From positions 64,001 to 128,000 of IMG/VR virus record IMGVR_UViG_3300005096_000005: a stretch of DNA of 64,000 bases; one strand, written 5' to 3'. The DNA comes from a virus. A program made the translations under genes and the position numbers. The notes beneath the pieces were generated by a model. It had not been told where the DNA came from. It did no database searches and saw nothing but the letters and a program-made list of their open reading frames with translations. How positions within the stretch are numbered: the first letter of the stretch is position 1; each line of letters begins with the position of its first letter. This document shows, piece by piece, positions 1 through 9,036 of the stretch.

Positions 1-223
1 GGTCGAACTTGGCTTCATTCCATGTACGATTAAACCTGTCCGCGTTGGACTGGAGATTCTTGTCCACAGGGCGCGGAACCATTGTGGGCGTACCCAGGCG
101 ATTACGGATAGACCCAATATGACCCTGCAATTCAGAAGGTGACGGTACCCGCCCATCTTTAACCATGCGTTTCTGAATGAACGTGTTCAACCGCGCACGA
201 AGTTGATCCATTATAATGCTCAT
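1..223 (-). CDS. Partial gene running off the window edge; peripheral baseplate/virion protein, paralog of the two upstream genes
   Basis: Not in the ORF track; translated by hand. The ATG at 223-221 overlaps the TGA of 220..3204 (ATGA). It reads MSIIMDQLRARLNTFIQKR...LGTPTMVPRPVDKNLQSNADRFNRTWNEAKFD, resembling FGKPTLQVR...WADDLNAMMRETKDDL in 220..3204. Confidence 0.75.
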   Translation of the reverse strand, partial: MSIIMDQLRARLNTFIQKRMVKDGRVPSPSELQGHIGSIRNRLGTPTMVPRPVDKNLQSNADRFNRTWNEAKFD

Positions 224-3204
224 GACTTTGTTGTAATCCCCAGTTTATATGACAGAACCCTGGGAGAATATTGGTCCATACTCTCCGGCCTGCTCAGTTC
301 TATCTTCACTCTTACCTTTTGTGTTTCAATAATGTTACCACTGGCATCCTGACGCACTACTTCTTTGAACGCCGGATTGTTGATGGACACGGATGGGTTT
401 ACCTCAATGTATCTCGGCAGTCCGTTTGTTCCTGACCCGTGCATTGGCTCCAGCTCATGCCAATCCTCGCCTTCCGAGAACTGTATATAATACTTTATGT
501 ATGAGTGATAGAATACCGATGGGATATCCTCTTCGCTCAAGATACTGACCCTGCTAATGTCTGCGCCTATATCATACCACTCAGAGATAATGTAACCAGA
601 AGACGCATACCTGTTGGCATGAATTCCAACCTCTTTAAGGGCAATCCAGAATCTGTAAGCCGGAAACCCTTCCAGTCCATAGTATATCTTTTCGGACCCC
701 TCAACCGCATCCACCCCGGTAAGTCGTTCCTCGCACTTAGCGAACAACGATAGCAGACCTCCAATGATACTGTTGATAATGGACGTTACAACCTTACCAG
801 CCAAACTGAATACACTACTGGAGATAGCCGCGCCAAGTTTCTCACGAAGGAAGGAGCGTGGTTTGTGACCCACATCATAAGCTGCCGCGTCCTGCTGAGC
901 AAAGTCTCTGGTTGCCTGGTCTTGCAGGTATGCAACAGCAACGTCCCTGGTAATGAGGTACCAATCTTCTTCTTGTTTATGTGCAGAATAACCCAGGCCC
1001 TGTGCCACATAGCCACGACTCTGCAAGTCTTTAAGCGTTATCTTAACATTATATTCATAATCTGCCCGCTGAGCTACCGTGCGGCCATCCATTCCAACAT
1101 AATACCCATTCCAGCCACCGTCGCCATGAACAGCCATCTGGACGAACTGCTCATTGATGGCTGTAGGCTCACCGCCACCACGAACTCTAGCCATAGGAAT
1201 ACGCACAGCCTGTGTCTGCGAGTCCGACTTCTGGAAAAACTCTTCACCTACCCCGGAAGCTCGCTGGATGTCCTGATAAGCCTCAATACTATTGCTTACA
1301 ATAGGAGGTGTTCCACCAAACGCTCCGGACTCGTCAAGGATTCCGCCACCGATTCCAAGATCGCTGCCAAAACTACCCACCTGCTGATCTACAATATTCT
1401 CAAAAGCATTGCTGACAGAACCCACCCCTGAACCGTACCCCTGAGCAGCAGCAAGGTCGGCCATATCCCCTCCGAGGTTTCCGGCCCCCGCGTAGGCGCC
1501 AACAATGGCGCTACCAACCCACTCAGGAACAGCCAACCCGCGACGTTCTGCAAGATCCTCTCCTGTAGCCACTCCCTGACCTCTGTATGGAAGGATGTCT
1601 CCGATATATACATTCCCTGCCGAATACCGGTCACCAAGCCATACTCGATATTCGTCATGCTTAACCCTCCAAAACGAGAAGCCGCCAGACTTCTTCTCAA
1701 GTCGCATCCATAATTGGACCTGCCTTTCAACGTACGGATGTGCCACCTGGCATTTGTAGGGCGTGTCACTTACAAAGTACAGCGTAATGGCGCGGACCCG
1801 CTGTTGTGGGAACGATATAGTCTGCGATCCATATATCTCAACAGGAACTTCTACCCCCAGATCAGAGGCCCACAAAGTAATTGGGACAGCATCCTCTCCT
1901 ACGACCGGGAGCGTACTAAATCCAATATCTGCCAGAGTAAAGTGGTCGGCCCCAAGATACTCCGCAGATACATCCTGCAGGATTGCCGGGTTTAGATATA
2001 GTTCAGAGATATTGACCGGTTCCGTGAACTGGAACTCGATATTAACCTCCATTACAGTGCCGCCATCTGGCTTCCAGTCCTTATCTACAAATCGCACCTT
2101 GTATGCTGTGTTGTTGTTATCGAGATTGTACTTCCAATCATGTCCCTGTGTATAAGAGAACACATTATCTGCATATACTTGCATGTTAGGATTACTACCA
2201 TGGTTCGGTAACACTGGACTAAACGAAGCTGACGGGTCGGTTGTAATACTCATGGGATGACGTGTGCCTATATTGGGGTCCTGGGCCGCCTCTCTAATCT
2301 TGGCGAGAGCGTCACCAAGAAGCGCAGCACCCCACCGATCGCTACCGCCACTGTCATACGGCGGCTTGTCGGGCTCAGCCTCAACGTATACATGATTAGG
2401 AACTACCATCATCTCATACTCGAACTGTGTGTCTGGGTTGCCGTCGGCCATAAAGCCGGGGTACTTGTTCTCTCCGCGTACATCAGCAGCCAGACGAACT
2501 GTACTACGCTCTATCGTTGGCACTGCATCAAACTGAGAGTCTTGAATGTCAGTAGTAGGACGCACGTCACCGGCGCGTATCGTGTCGGGAATAAACAGGT
2601 CTGCCTGCTTGGGCTCCACTCCCTGAAGCAGGTTGCCGGGGTAGGAGTTGTCACTGCCTCCATGAACCCGGATAAGAGCCTGTGGAGCATAGTTAATCTT
2701 CTGAAGAACCGGCAGACCTATCTGTCCGCCTGAGGTATCAAGATCGATATTCTTTTCGTTGATGAGAGAGTCATCCTCAAAGCTGTCTCCCATATAGAGA
2801 TCCTCAGAAATCTCTTCCGTATATATCTGGAAGTCTTCAAGTAACTTCTCAGCGCCATCGATAAGGACCTGGATCCCATCCGTCTCTGCAGTCGCCAAAT
2901 CAAAGATGCTTCGGGCACCTTCCATGAGAACGCGCAGCTCTCCGTACAGGACATCAAGGTCATCTTTCGTTTCCCTCATCATGGCGTTCAAGTCGTCCGC
3001 CCAGGGTGGCGTATCTTCCATCGCCTCTCTTACTTGCAGAGTAGGCTTACCAAACTGTGTGAAGAATTCCTGAAAGCGAGTGTAGATATCCACAATAGCA
3101 TCGTTTGTGTATGTGGAATCTTTGACGATATATTCCATATCGCGGAAGAACTGTTCCAGCCTTTTGGCTATCATCTCACTGTTGTACTTTACTTGCAGGC
3201 TCAA
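220..3204 (-). CDS. Virion structural protein (peripheral baseplate/fibre family), 994 aa
   Basis: N-terminal coiled coil, beta-rich body and C-terminal VRVKIELSR...SPRVLSYKL end similar to the next gene; coupled to neighbours by ATGA-type overlaps. Confidence 0.6.
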   Translation of the reverse strand: MSLQVKYNSEMIAKRLEQFFRDMEYIVKDSTYTNDAIVDIYTRFQEFFTQFGKPTLQVREAMEDTPPWADDLNAMMRETKDDLDVLYGELRVLMEGARSIFDLATAETDGIQVLIDGAEKLLEDFQIYTEEISEDLYMGDSFEDDSLINEKNIDLDTSGGQIGLPVLQKINYAPQALIRVHGGSDNSYPGNLLQGVEPKQADLFIPDTIRAGDVRPTTDIQDSQFDAVPTIERSTVRLAADVRGENKYPGFMADGNPDTQFEYEMMVVPNHVYVEAEPDKPPYDSGGSDRWGAALLGDALAKIREAAQDPNIGTRHPMSITTDPSASFSPVLPNHGSNPNMQVYADNVFSYTQGHDWKYNLDNNNTAYKVRFVDKDWKPDGGTVMEVNIEFQFTEPVNISELYLNPAILQDVSAEYLGADHFTLADIGFSTLPVVGEDAVPITLWASDLGVEVPVEIYGSQTISFPQQRVRAITLYFVSDTPYKCQVAHPYVERQVQLWMRLEKKSGGFSFWRVKHDEYRVWLGDRYSAGNVYIGDILPYRGQGVATGEDLAERRGLAVPEWVGSAIVGAYAGAGNLGGDMADLAAAQGYGSGVGSVSNAFENIVDQQVGSFGSDLGIGGGILDESGAFGGTPPIVSNSIEAYQDIQRASGVGEEFFQKSDSQTQAVRIPMARVRGGGEPTAINEQFVQMAVHGDGGWNGYYVGMDGRTVAQRADYEYNVKITLKDLQSRGYVAQGLGYSAHKQEEDWYLITRDVAVAYLQDQATRDFAQQDAAAYDVGHKPRSFLREKLGAAISSSVFSLAGKVVTSIINSIIGGLLSLFAKCEERLTGVDAVEGSEKIYYGLEGFPAYRFWIALKEVGIHANRYASSGYIISEWYDIGADISRVSILSEEDIPSVFYHSYIKYYIQFSEGEDWHELEPMHGSGTNGLPRYIEVNPSVSINNPAFKEVVRQDASGNIIETQKVRVKIELSRPESMDQYSPRVLSYKLGITTKS

Positions 3205-6200
3205 ACCTCTTTGACCTCTATCCTAAAGTTGTCTATTATAGGCGATACGTCCAGGTCTCCTTCGAGCTGGAACTTCATTCTTACATCTGGTGCGTATGTT
3301 GCATACGAGATGTTTGCGACCCACTCCGTTGGTAACTGTCTTGCAAACTCTATCCTGTTACGTGTAACATCGTGATAATACTCGATTACAGGATAATAGT
3401 TCGGGCTTTCCGGGTCAAGGTCCCACCGTCTCATTGTCGGTCTACGATTCAGCTTCTTGTAATTCGTCACGTTACGTGTTATGACACCCAGATTTGGATA
3501 GACTGGCTGCTTATCTACAAAATGATCCAACCGAACAGCAAGGTATCCAACATAAGGATAAGTGTTTCCCTCTGCCGAAGTCCACCCTGCAATACCATTG
3601 ATGATTCCGGCTTCGAACTTGATATTGATCTTGGGTGGCGCTTCTCCAGTCTGGAAATCTCGTTCTTCTGTTACAATGGGGTAGAGAATATCGCACTGGT
3701 CTCCGTTGAAAACCTTGGTTTCAGCAAAGGCTTTGACGTTTTGTTCGGTTGGAGTGTCCTCCGCGAACACAGTCATAGCGAACCCTTCCTGGTCAACCCA
3801 GTGTTTGATTCCAAGGATGATAACTCCGGACTTGGGAAAGTCTGGAAGCTGGTACTTTGTGCCGGCATACATAATTGAGTATCCATCTTCCGAATTATAC
3901 AATTCGGTCCTGGGGTCCCACTTTACTATCCTATGGACAAAATCACTGTCGGACACATAGTACGACAATTCCCACAAAGGTAAATCGCGCCTGTTGCCAG
4001 ACGACGTTTCAATGGGTACCAACCACTGACCGGTAACATTCCCTCGAATAGCCTCACCGAGCACTGTGCCACTAACCGTAGACTTCATCAGTTTTGGTGT
4101 GGATATATTAAGTGTGAATTCGTTATCTTCAATAAAGTACGGCTCCCCATAAGGGTCTGGGAGATATGTGTTTGCTCCATCAATTATAGTTACTGTGATG
4201 GGTCTGTAATATATCCTGACGTCGGGGTATGCTAAAACATCTACCACAAATTGGAAGGTGCTTGTTTCATCACTGGTCATGCCTCCCGCTTCCAGGTTAG
4301 TGCCACCACGAATTACCATTGGGAAATTCTGTTCCGGAAGATTGGATATGACACGTAAAGTTTCATTCACCTCATCCGATGGACGACTCGAAGGGCCTCC
4401 CGCGCCGTTGCCAAAGGGCCAGATAGCAGCCTGCGGCTGATACCCCACCACAGCCTCTCCTTCGTTAGGTTCATAGGCTCTGTTTGATCCTATCGTACCT
4501 TTGGCATGGTTGAACTGAACTATAGAGCCCACATCCCTTACTTTAACTTCGTCTATCTTAATCCAACGTACGTCCGACGCATTGACGTCAGAATATGGAA
4601 TCATCTCCCCCATCCGGAAAGTGCGCAACCCGCTACCATCAGAGAGAAACTTCTTGATGGCCGCTATACCGGCACCTTCATAGCCTGCTATTGACTTGAT
4701 ACTGTCGATGCTGATCTGTGATACCTGCACGGGAGAGGTAAGAACGTCCGTCCAGCCATTAGAGGTGTCGACCCCGAAGTCTACCGCTGTATTGACGGTT
4801 AGGGTAACCTCCCAGTCTTGTAAGTCAGACATGATTCGCCAATAGGCTGCAGAGCCTGTTTTTTGCTGGACCAGTAATTGTCCTTTGATATGAACTTCCT
4901 GGCCGGGAGTTAGCATACCACTGGGCGGAACGCCGGAGCGTATCATCATACGGTCTGTACGCGCACATGGGTGTACGTACGCAACCTTGTTGAGGGCAAT
5001 CGTGCGGCCGATCCCTCCAGCATGCTGTTCATTCTCATTCTGCAGATCGGAATTGTCAGGCCAGAAAACTTCAAGGAACTGTCCGTTATCAACAGACCTC
5101 CATTGCGGCGCAGTATTGTTATGGTCATAGGAAAGAAAAGCCCGCACAGAAGTTCCAGGAGGTTCATCGCTATCCCATTGAGCAGTAAAGCCGGCCGCTC
5201 TTCCAGACACACTGAAAGGTTTTGTAATGAATGTGCCGTCTGGATTGTAGTACACGTCGTCCAGGTCGACATCGTACAGACCATACACATACTCAAAAAC
5301 CTGCATCTCCACCTTTTCGGACCCAATGCGCTCCAACTCTTCCAGAGTAATCTGTTCATCCGCGGCGAGCCCGCTATCCGCTTCAGCCAGAGTCTTCACT
5401 CTCAGCCCCTTATCAGCAAGGACCAGACCCATCGCGTTAAGAATTGTATCTATTGGTTTATCTTTCTGGCTTGAATACTGTCCCTCCAACATCTTCGTAC
5501 GTAACCGCTGCGCATACTCTACAAGGAGATACCACCCGGTCAGTTCATCTACCTTGCGCTGGCTGAGGGCTTTATTCCTGCCTTCCTGTCCAGTAACCCC
5601 GGCATCAGCTGTGATCTGGAAACTGTCCTTAACTGATAGGAGATCGGTTGTAAATCGATACTCTTCACGAGACAGCCTGTCTCTCAACTCAATATTAAAT
5701 AGTTGAGATCGCGGCACCTGGTAGATGTTCCTTACATAATTCCTCTGATTAAATACCATGTATACACGTTTGATGTCGTGACGATCAAAATGGATAACCG
5801 TATTGGGTTTCATCTTCTGTGGATCAAGGATAATAAAGTTAGCTTCACCCCTGCTTATTGCCAGCTCCTCGCTGTCGTATGGAATCGTATAAAGAGCAAC
5901 CAGGTCCATGGCTCCGTGCATAAAAGGCTTAAGAGATAACCGATTGGCACTTGCTTTATGCTGCAACATAATGTGTGTTTTGCTGGCAGCGCCATCTCTA
6001 ACTGGGTAGATGGTTTCCAGGGGCTCGTCAACAGTTGTGACTTCAAAAAACACCGTCGTGAATTCGTCTTGGAGAGCCGTTTTAAGATCGGCCAGGGTCA
6101 CATGTCGCTGTCCATACTGATCCTCCCTCACGTTCTGTGAAAGTACATTCAGGAATGTTTGGGCAGTCACGGGGTTCTTCTCCCCTGCGGCCTGGGCATT

Positions 6201-7112
6201 AAATCCAATACCCTGGTCTATCTGAGTGAGTAGATTCCCGGCCAGGTGATCGAAGTTCCGAGTAAGAACAGCGCTGTATATCCAATCTCGGGCTGGTGTC
6301 CCATCTCCCTTAATGGGCCACATGTGGACTCCACTCACGACAGGACACAGACCCTGGATCAACCACTCTTCACCGGTTGTGCCATCACCTACAGTAATGC
6401 GAACCTCTCGTATCTCTATGCTCCACCACGTCGGTTTGATAGTTATAGGTTCATCGGACACTATAACCTCTGCCCAAAAAGTGTCCCTATTCTTATCGAT
6501 AGCCATGGACGTATCGTGGCTGGTGTCATCTGCTGCGACGTCTCCCTGCCGCGCTCCGAGCTTCTCATCAAGCTCAAACCTTGCAACCCTGTTCTTTTTG
6601 ATTGCGCTCCGAATCCTGGATAGCTCCCCTACTTTTGGCAGAATCAATGTTTCGCTATCCTTGTCCACCACAGCGTCTGTGGCCGGGGCGTTCTCATAGA
6701 ACAGCCGCCTCATCTCCTTATTACCGGCATCTACAAAGTCTTCATAAAAGATGTCTGTAGTGCCGTTACCGAGGTTGATAAGGTGCCGATACTTAATTAG
6801 CTTCCTGCGAAGCCGAGTAACACCATCCCTGAGATACTGCACAGCCCTCTTGTAAAGAGATTCCGTCTTATTGCTGAACTGCTCAACGGCCTGAATCTCC
6901 GCATACGCAGCCGCAAGGTCTGTATAAAGCTGTCCCTGGAAAGTGTTGTATGTGTGCGGATTGGAACGCCCATGCTGTTCAACAACCCTGGTAGTTGGCT
7001 CGTACGAGCTCAATGGAACCTGAGCTGCAGCATCTACTTGCTTTGTCCGGTTCAGAATTATCTTCTGCACAACCGGAATAAGGGATTGGTATTTGGTTAA
7101 GAACTCTGTCAT
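3201..7112 (-). CDS. Virion structural protein (peripheral baseplate family), about 1303 aa
   Basis: Start revised from 7145 to the ATG at 7112, which gives an ATGA overlap with the stop of 7109..9028. Has a coiled-coil N-terminus, a discoidin-like AIDKNRDTFW motif and a C-terminal VRMKFQL...SPIIDNFRI end. Confidence 0.6.
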   Translation of the reverse strand: MTEFLTKYQSLIPVVQKIILNRTKQVDAAAQVPLSSYEPTTRVVEQHGRSNPHTYNTFQGQLYTDLAAAYAEIQAVEQFSNKTESLYKRAVQYLRDGVTRLRRKLIKYRHLINLGNGTTDIFYEDFVDAGNKEMRRLFYENAPATDAVVDKDSETLILPKVGELSRIRSAIKKNRVARFELDEKLGARQGDVAADDTSHDTSMAIDKNRDTFWAEVIVSDEPITIKPTWWSIEIREVRITVGDGTTGEEWLIQGLCPVVSGVHMWPIKGDGTPARDWIYSAVLTRNFDHLAGNLLTQIDQGIGFNAQAAGEKNPVTAQTFLNVLSQNVREDQYGQRHVTLADLKTALQDEFTTVFFEVTTVDEPLETIYPVRDGAASKTHIMLQHKASANRLSLKPFMHGAMDLVALYTIPYDSEELAISRGEANFIILDPQKMKPNTVIHFDRHDIKRVYMVFNQRNYVRNIYQVPRSQLFNIELRDRLSREEYRFTTDLLSVKDSFQITADAGVTGQEGRNKALSQRKVDELTGWYLLVEYAQRLRTKMLEGQYSSQKDKPIDTILNAMGLVLADKGLRVKTLAEADSGLAADEQITLEELERIGSEKVEMQVFEYVYGLYDVDLDDVYYNPDGTFITKPFSVSGRAAGFTAQWDSDEPPGTSVRAFLSYDHNNTAPQWRSVDNGQFLEVFWPDNSDLQNENEQHAGGIGRTIALNKVAYVHPCARTDRMMIRSGVPPSGMLTPGQEVHIKGQLLVQQKTGSAAYWRIMSDLQDWEVTLTVNTAVDFGVDTSNGWTDVLTSPVQVSQISIDSIKSIAGYEGAGIAAIKKFLSDGSGLRTFRMGEMIPYSDVNASDVRWIKIDEVKVRDVGSIVQFNHAKGTIGSNRAYEPNEGEAVVGYQPQAAIWPFGNGAGGPSSRPSDEVNETLRVISNLPEQNFPMVIRGGTNLEAGGMTSDETSTFQFVVDVLAYPDVRIYYRPITVTIIDGANTYLPDPYGEPYFIEDNEFTLNISTPKLMKSTVSGTVLGEAIRGNVTGQWLVPIETSSGNRRDLPLWELSYYVSDSDFVHRIVKWDPRTELYNSEDGYSIMYAGTKYQLPDFPKSGVIILGIKHWVDQEGFAMTVFAEDTPTEQNVKAFAETKVFNGDQCDILYPIVTEERDFQTGEAPPKINIKFEAGIINGIAGWTSAEGNTYPYVGYLAVRLDHFVDKQPVYPNLGVITRNVTNYKKLNRRPTMRRWDLDPESPNYYPVIEYYHDVTRNRIEFARQLPTEWVANISYATYAPDVRMKFQLEGDLDVSPIIDNFRIEVKEV

Positions 7113-9028
7113 GCTATATTGTCCTGATGCCTTCCTTTTGTCCACGCCTGGATATCAACAAGATTCCCACCCCAGTGATTTGTGTGAGCATCCTGGTCTA
7201 TGTTTTGGAAACTGCTTGTCCTGACAATAACCGCCAGCTTATTACACTTCATCTTGGATACATCATCACGGAGGCCACTGCCAACGGTAAAGACATTGGT
7301 AGGTGTCTCCCAGTGCCACCACCCACCACCGACACCTCCTCCGAGGGTAATGTCCGTATCGAGCAACTCACGCCATCTATATTCTCCCTCAGCGTCGTTA
7401 TCGGGATCGTGTGTGTAGGCCGCAATCCGAAATGTTGTGTAGGTATTGCCGGCAGCGATCGGATAGTTCCATAGAAACACAAACTTCCCATCTACAGGAA
7501 GATCGAGACCGTGAGTAATGTCAAGAAGTCGCCACCCCGCCAGATCGTGTCCAGACGCTACTTCTTCATTGTTATCTTCAAACGGATTCGTAGCACCCCC
7601 TACTGAAAACCAGTCAATCACATCACCGCCCGGAGCTGCCCTGACGCCATAACATGAAACCGCAGTTGAATCCTCCCCATCGTTTCCTTTAGTGGTTTCC
7701 ACTGGAGTTGTGTATGCGGTTTGTAAGTCTACTCCCTCAATTGTTATGGCGCTCATAAGGTCTTGCTGGTAGGCAGATAATGAAGCCCAGTTTGGCGGCC
7801 CATAGTACTTTGCGTCAGAGAACAAAAGTGTATCTATCGGTCCCATAAAAAACACTATCTTATCTATACGAGTATTCAGCATGGCAATCTGATCATATAT
7901 ATCCCGGAGCCATCCATACAGATATGAGAACCTGGCAGTAATGCCTGTCCACAATCCATTCAATATTCTGGCGAGGTTGATCCGATTACTTACTACACCA
8001 CGCTGTGCGTTTGCAATGCCACTACCCAGGTTGTCGATATGGCCACTCCTTGCAGGCTTGGACAGTTCAACATTAAAGTATGCATCTATCGACTGCGGAT
8101 CCCATGGTGCAAAACTTTGGATGTCTTTTATGTTAACCGGGTCAACCTGTGTAACCCCATCTTTTTTGACTATGGGAAACGACTTGTCGGCAACCCACCC
8201 GGTTGTGTCAGCTTTGTCCATATCTGCCGGTTCGGCACCAGTCGTAAAACTACGCCACGTCTGCACAGAACTGGAGGGATCCCATTCTATCGGTCTCTCA
8301 CTTATATCAGGTTCAGTTTCCGGCACCGGGTTTTCGTAATCACCAATCAAACCCTCTCCGTCAGGAGTCTGTTCCTGTGCCGGTTCTTCAACAATATGCC
8401 AGCAATTAGATCCCGTAAACGGAAGTGCACCCGCACTCCCGGGTTCCTGTTCATCAGTAGTAAAGAATATCTGAACATGCGCATTCTTAATCTCACCGGG
8501 AACAAACTTGACAACCCCAATAGGGACATCGGTCACAACGACCTCTATGACCTCGGTGGCCGGAGAGTGAGGGTTCTCGTCCCTGCCGTCTTCCTGGATA
8601 TTCAGTACAGTCTGAGCAAAATCAGGAACAGGATTGTTGTTCTCATCCAGTTTGCCATCCTGGCTTACAAACATATCTATCTTGACTTTGGTTTGAATAT
8701 CGTCCCCTGTACGTGCCGGGTCCGGCGCATTGGTGAGCCAGTCCATATAATCAATATACACAAAGAGACGGATATCTACGGTTTGTACCCACGACTTTGA
8801 AGAGATCAGACTAACCGTCCAGTGTTCCGGGGAGGCGGACGGAAACAAGAAGCCGTTATCTTGATCTTCCGTATAGTTAGCAGATACCAGATTCGGATTC
8901 CCGTCTTGAATGTACGAACGTACTCCATTATCCGAAAGCACTTTGACAGGAGCGGCCCCGTATCCGGGTATCGTAAGACTGTCATCAAGAACTCTATCTC
9001 CAAATGCGAATATTAAGTTATCAGCCAT
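7109..9028 (-). CDS. Hypothetical virion protein, fibre-like, 639 aa
   Basis: GAGGTG SD 5 nt upstream; central coiled coil (LRDIYDQIAMLNTRIDKI) between beta-rich acidic domains. Confidence 0.5.
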   Translation of the reverse strand: MADNLIFAFGDRVLDDSLTIPGYGAAPVKVLSDNGVRSYIQDGNPNLVSANYTEDQDNGFLFPSASPEHWTVSLISSKSWVQTVDIRLFVYIDYMDWLTNAPDPARTGDDIQTKVKIDMFVSQDGKLDENNNPVPDFAQTVLNIQEDGRDENPHSPATEVIEVVVTDVPIGVVKFVPGEIKNAHVQIFFTTDEQEPGSAGALPFTGSNCWHIVEEPAQEQTPDGEGLIGDYENPVPETEPDISERPIEWDPSSSVQTWRSFTTGAEPADMDKADTTGWVADKSFPIVKKDGVTQVDPVNIKDIQSFAPWDPQSIDAYFNVELSKPARSGHIDNLGSGIANAQRGVVSNRINLARILNGLWTGITARFSYLYGWLRDIYDQIAMLNTRIDKIVFFMGPIDTLLFSDAKYYGPPNWASLSAYQQDLMSAITIEGVDLQTAYTTPVETTKGNDGEDSTAVSCYGVRAAPGGDVIDWFSVGGATNPFEDNNEEVASGHDLAGWRLLDITHGLDLPVDGKFVFLWNYPIAAGNTYTTFRIAAYTHDPDNDAEGEYRWRELLDTDITLGGGVGGGWWHWETPTNVFTVGSGLRDDVSKMKCNKLAVIVRTSSFQNIDQDAHTNHWGGNLVDIQAWTKGRHQDNIA

Positions 9029-9036
9029 GTGTCACC

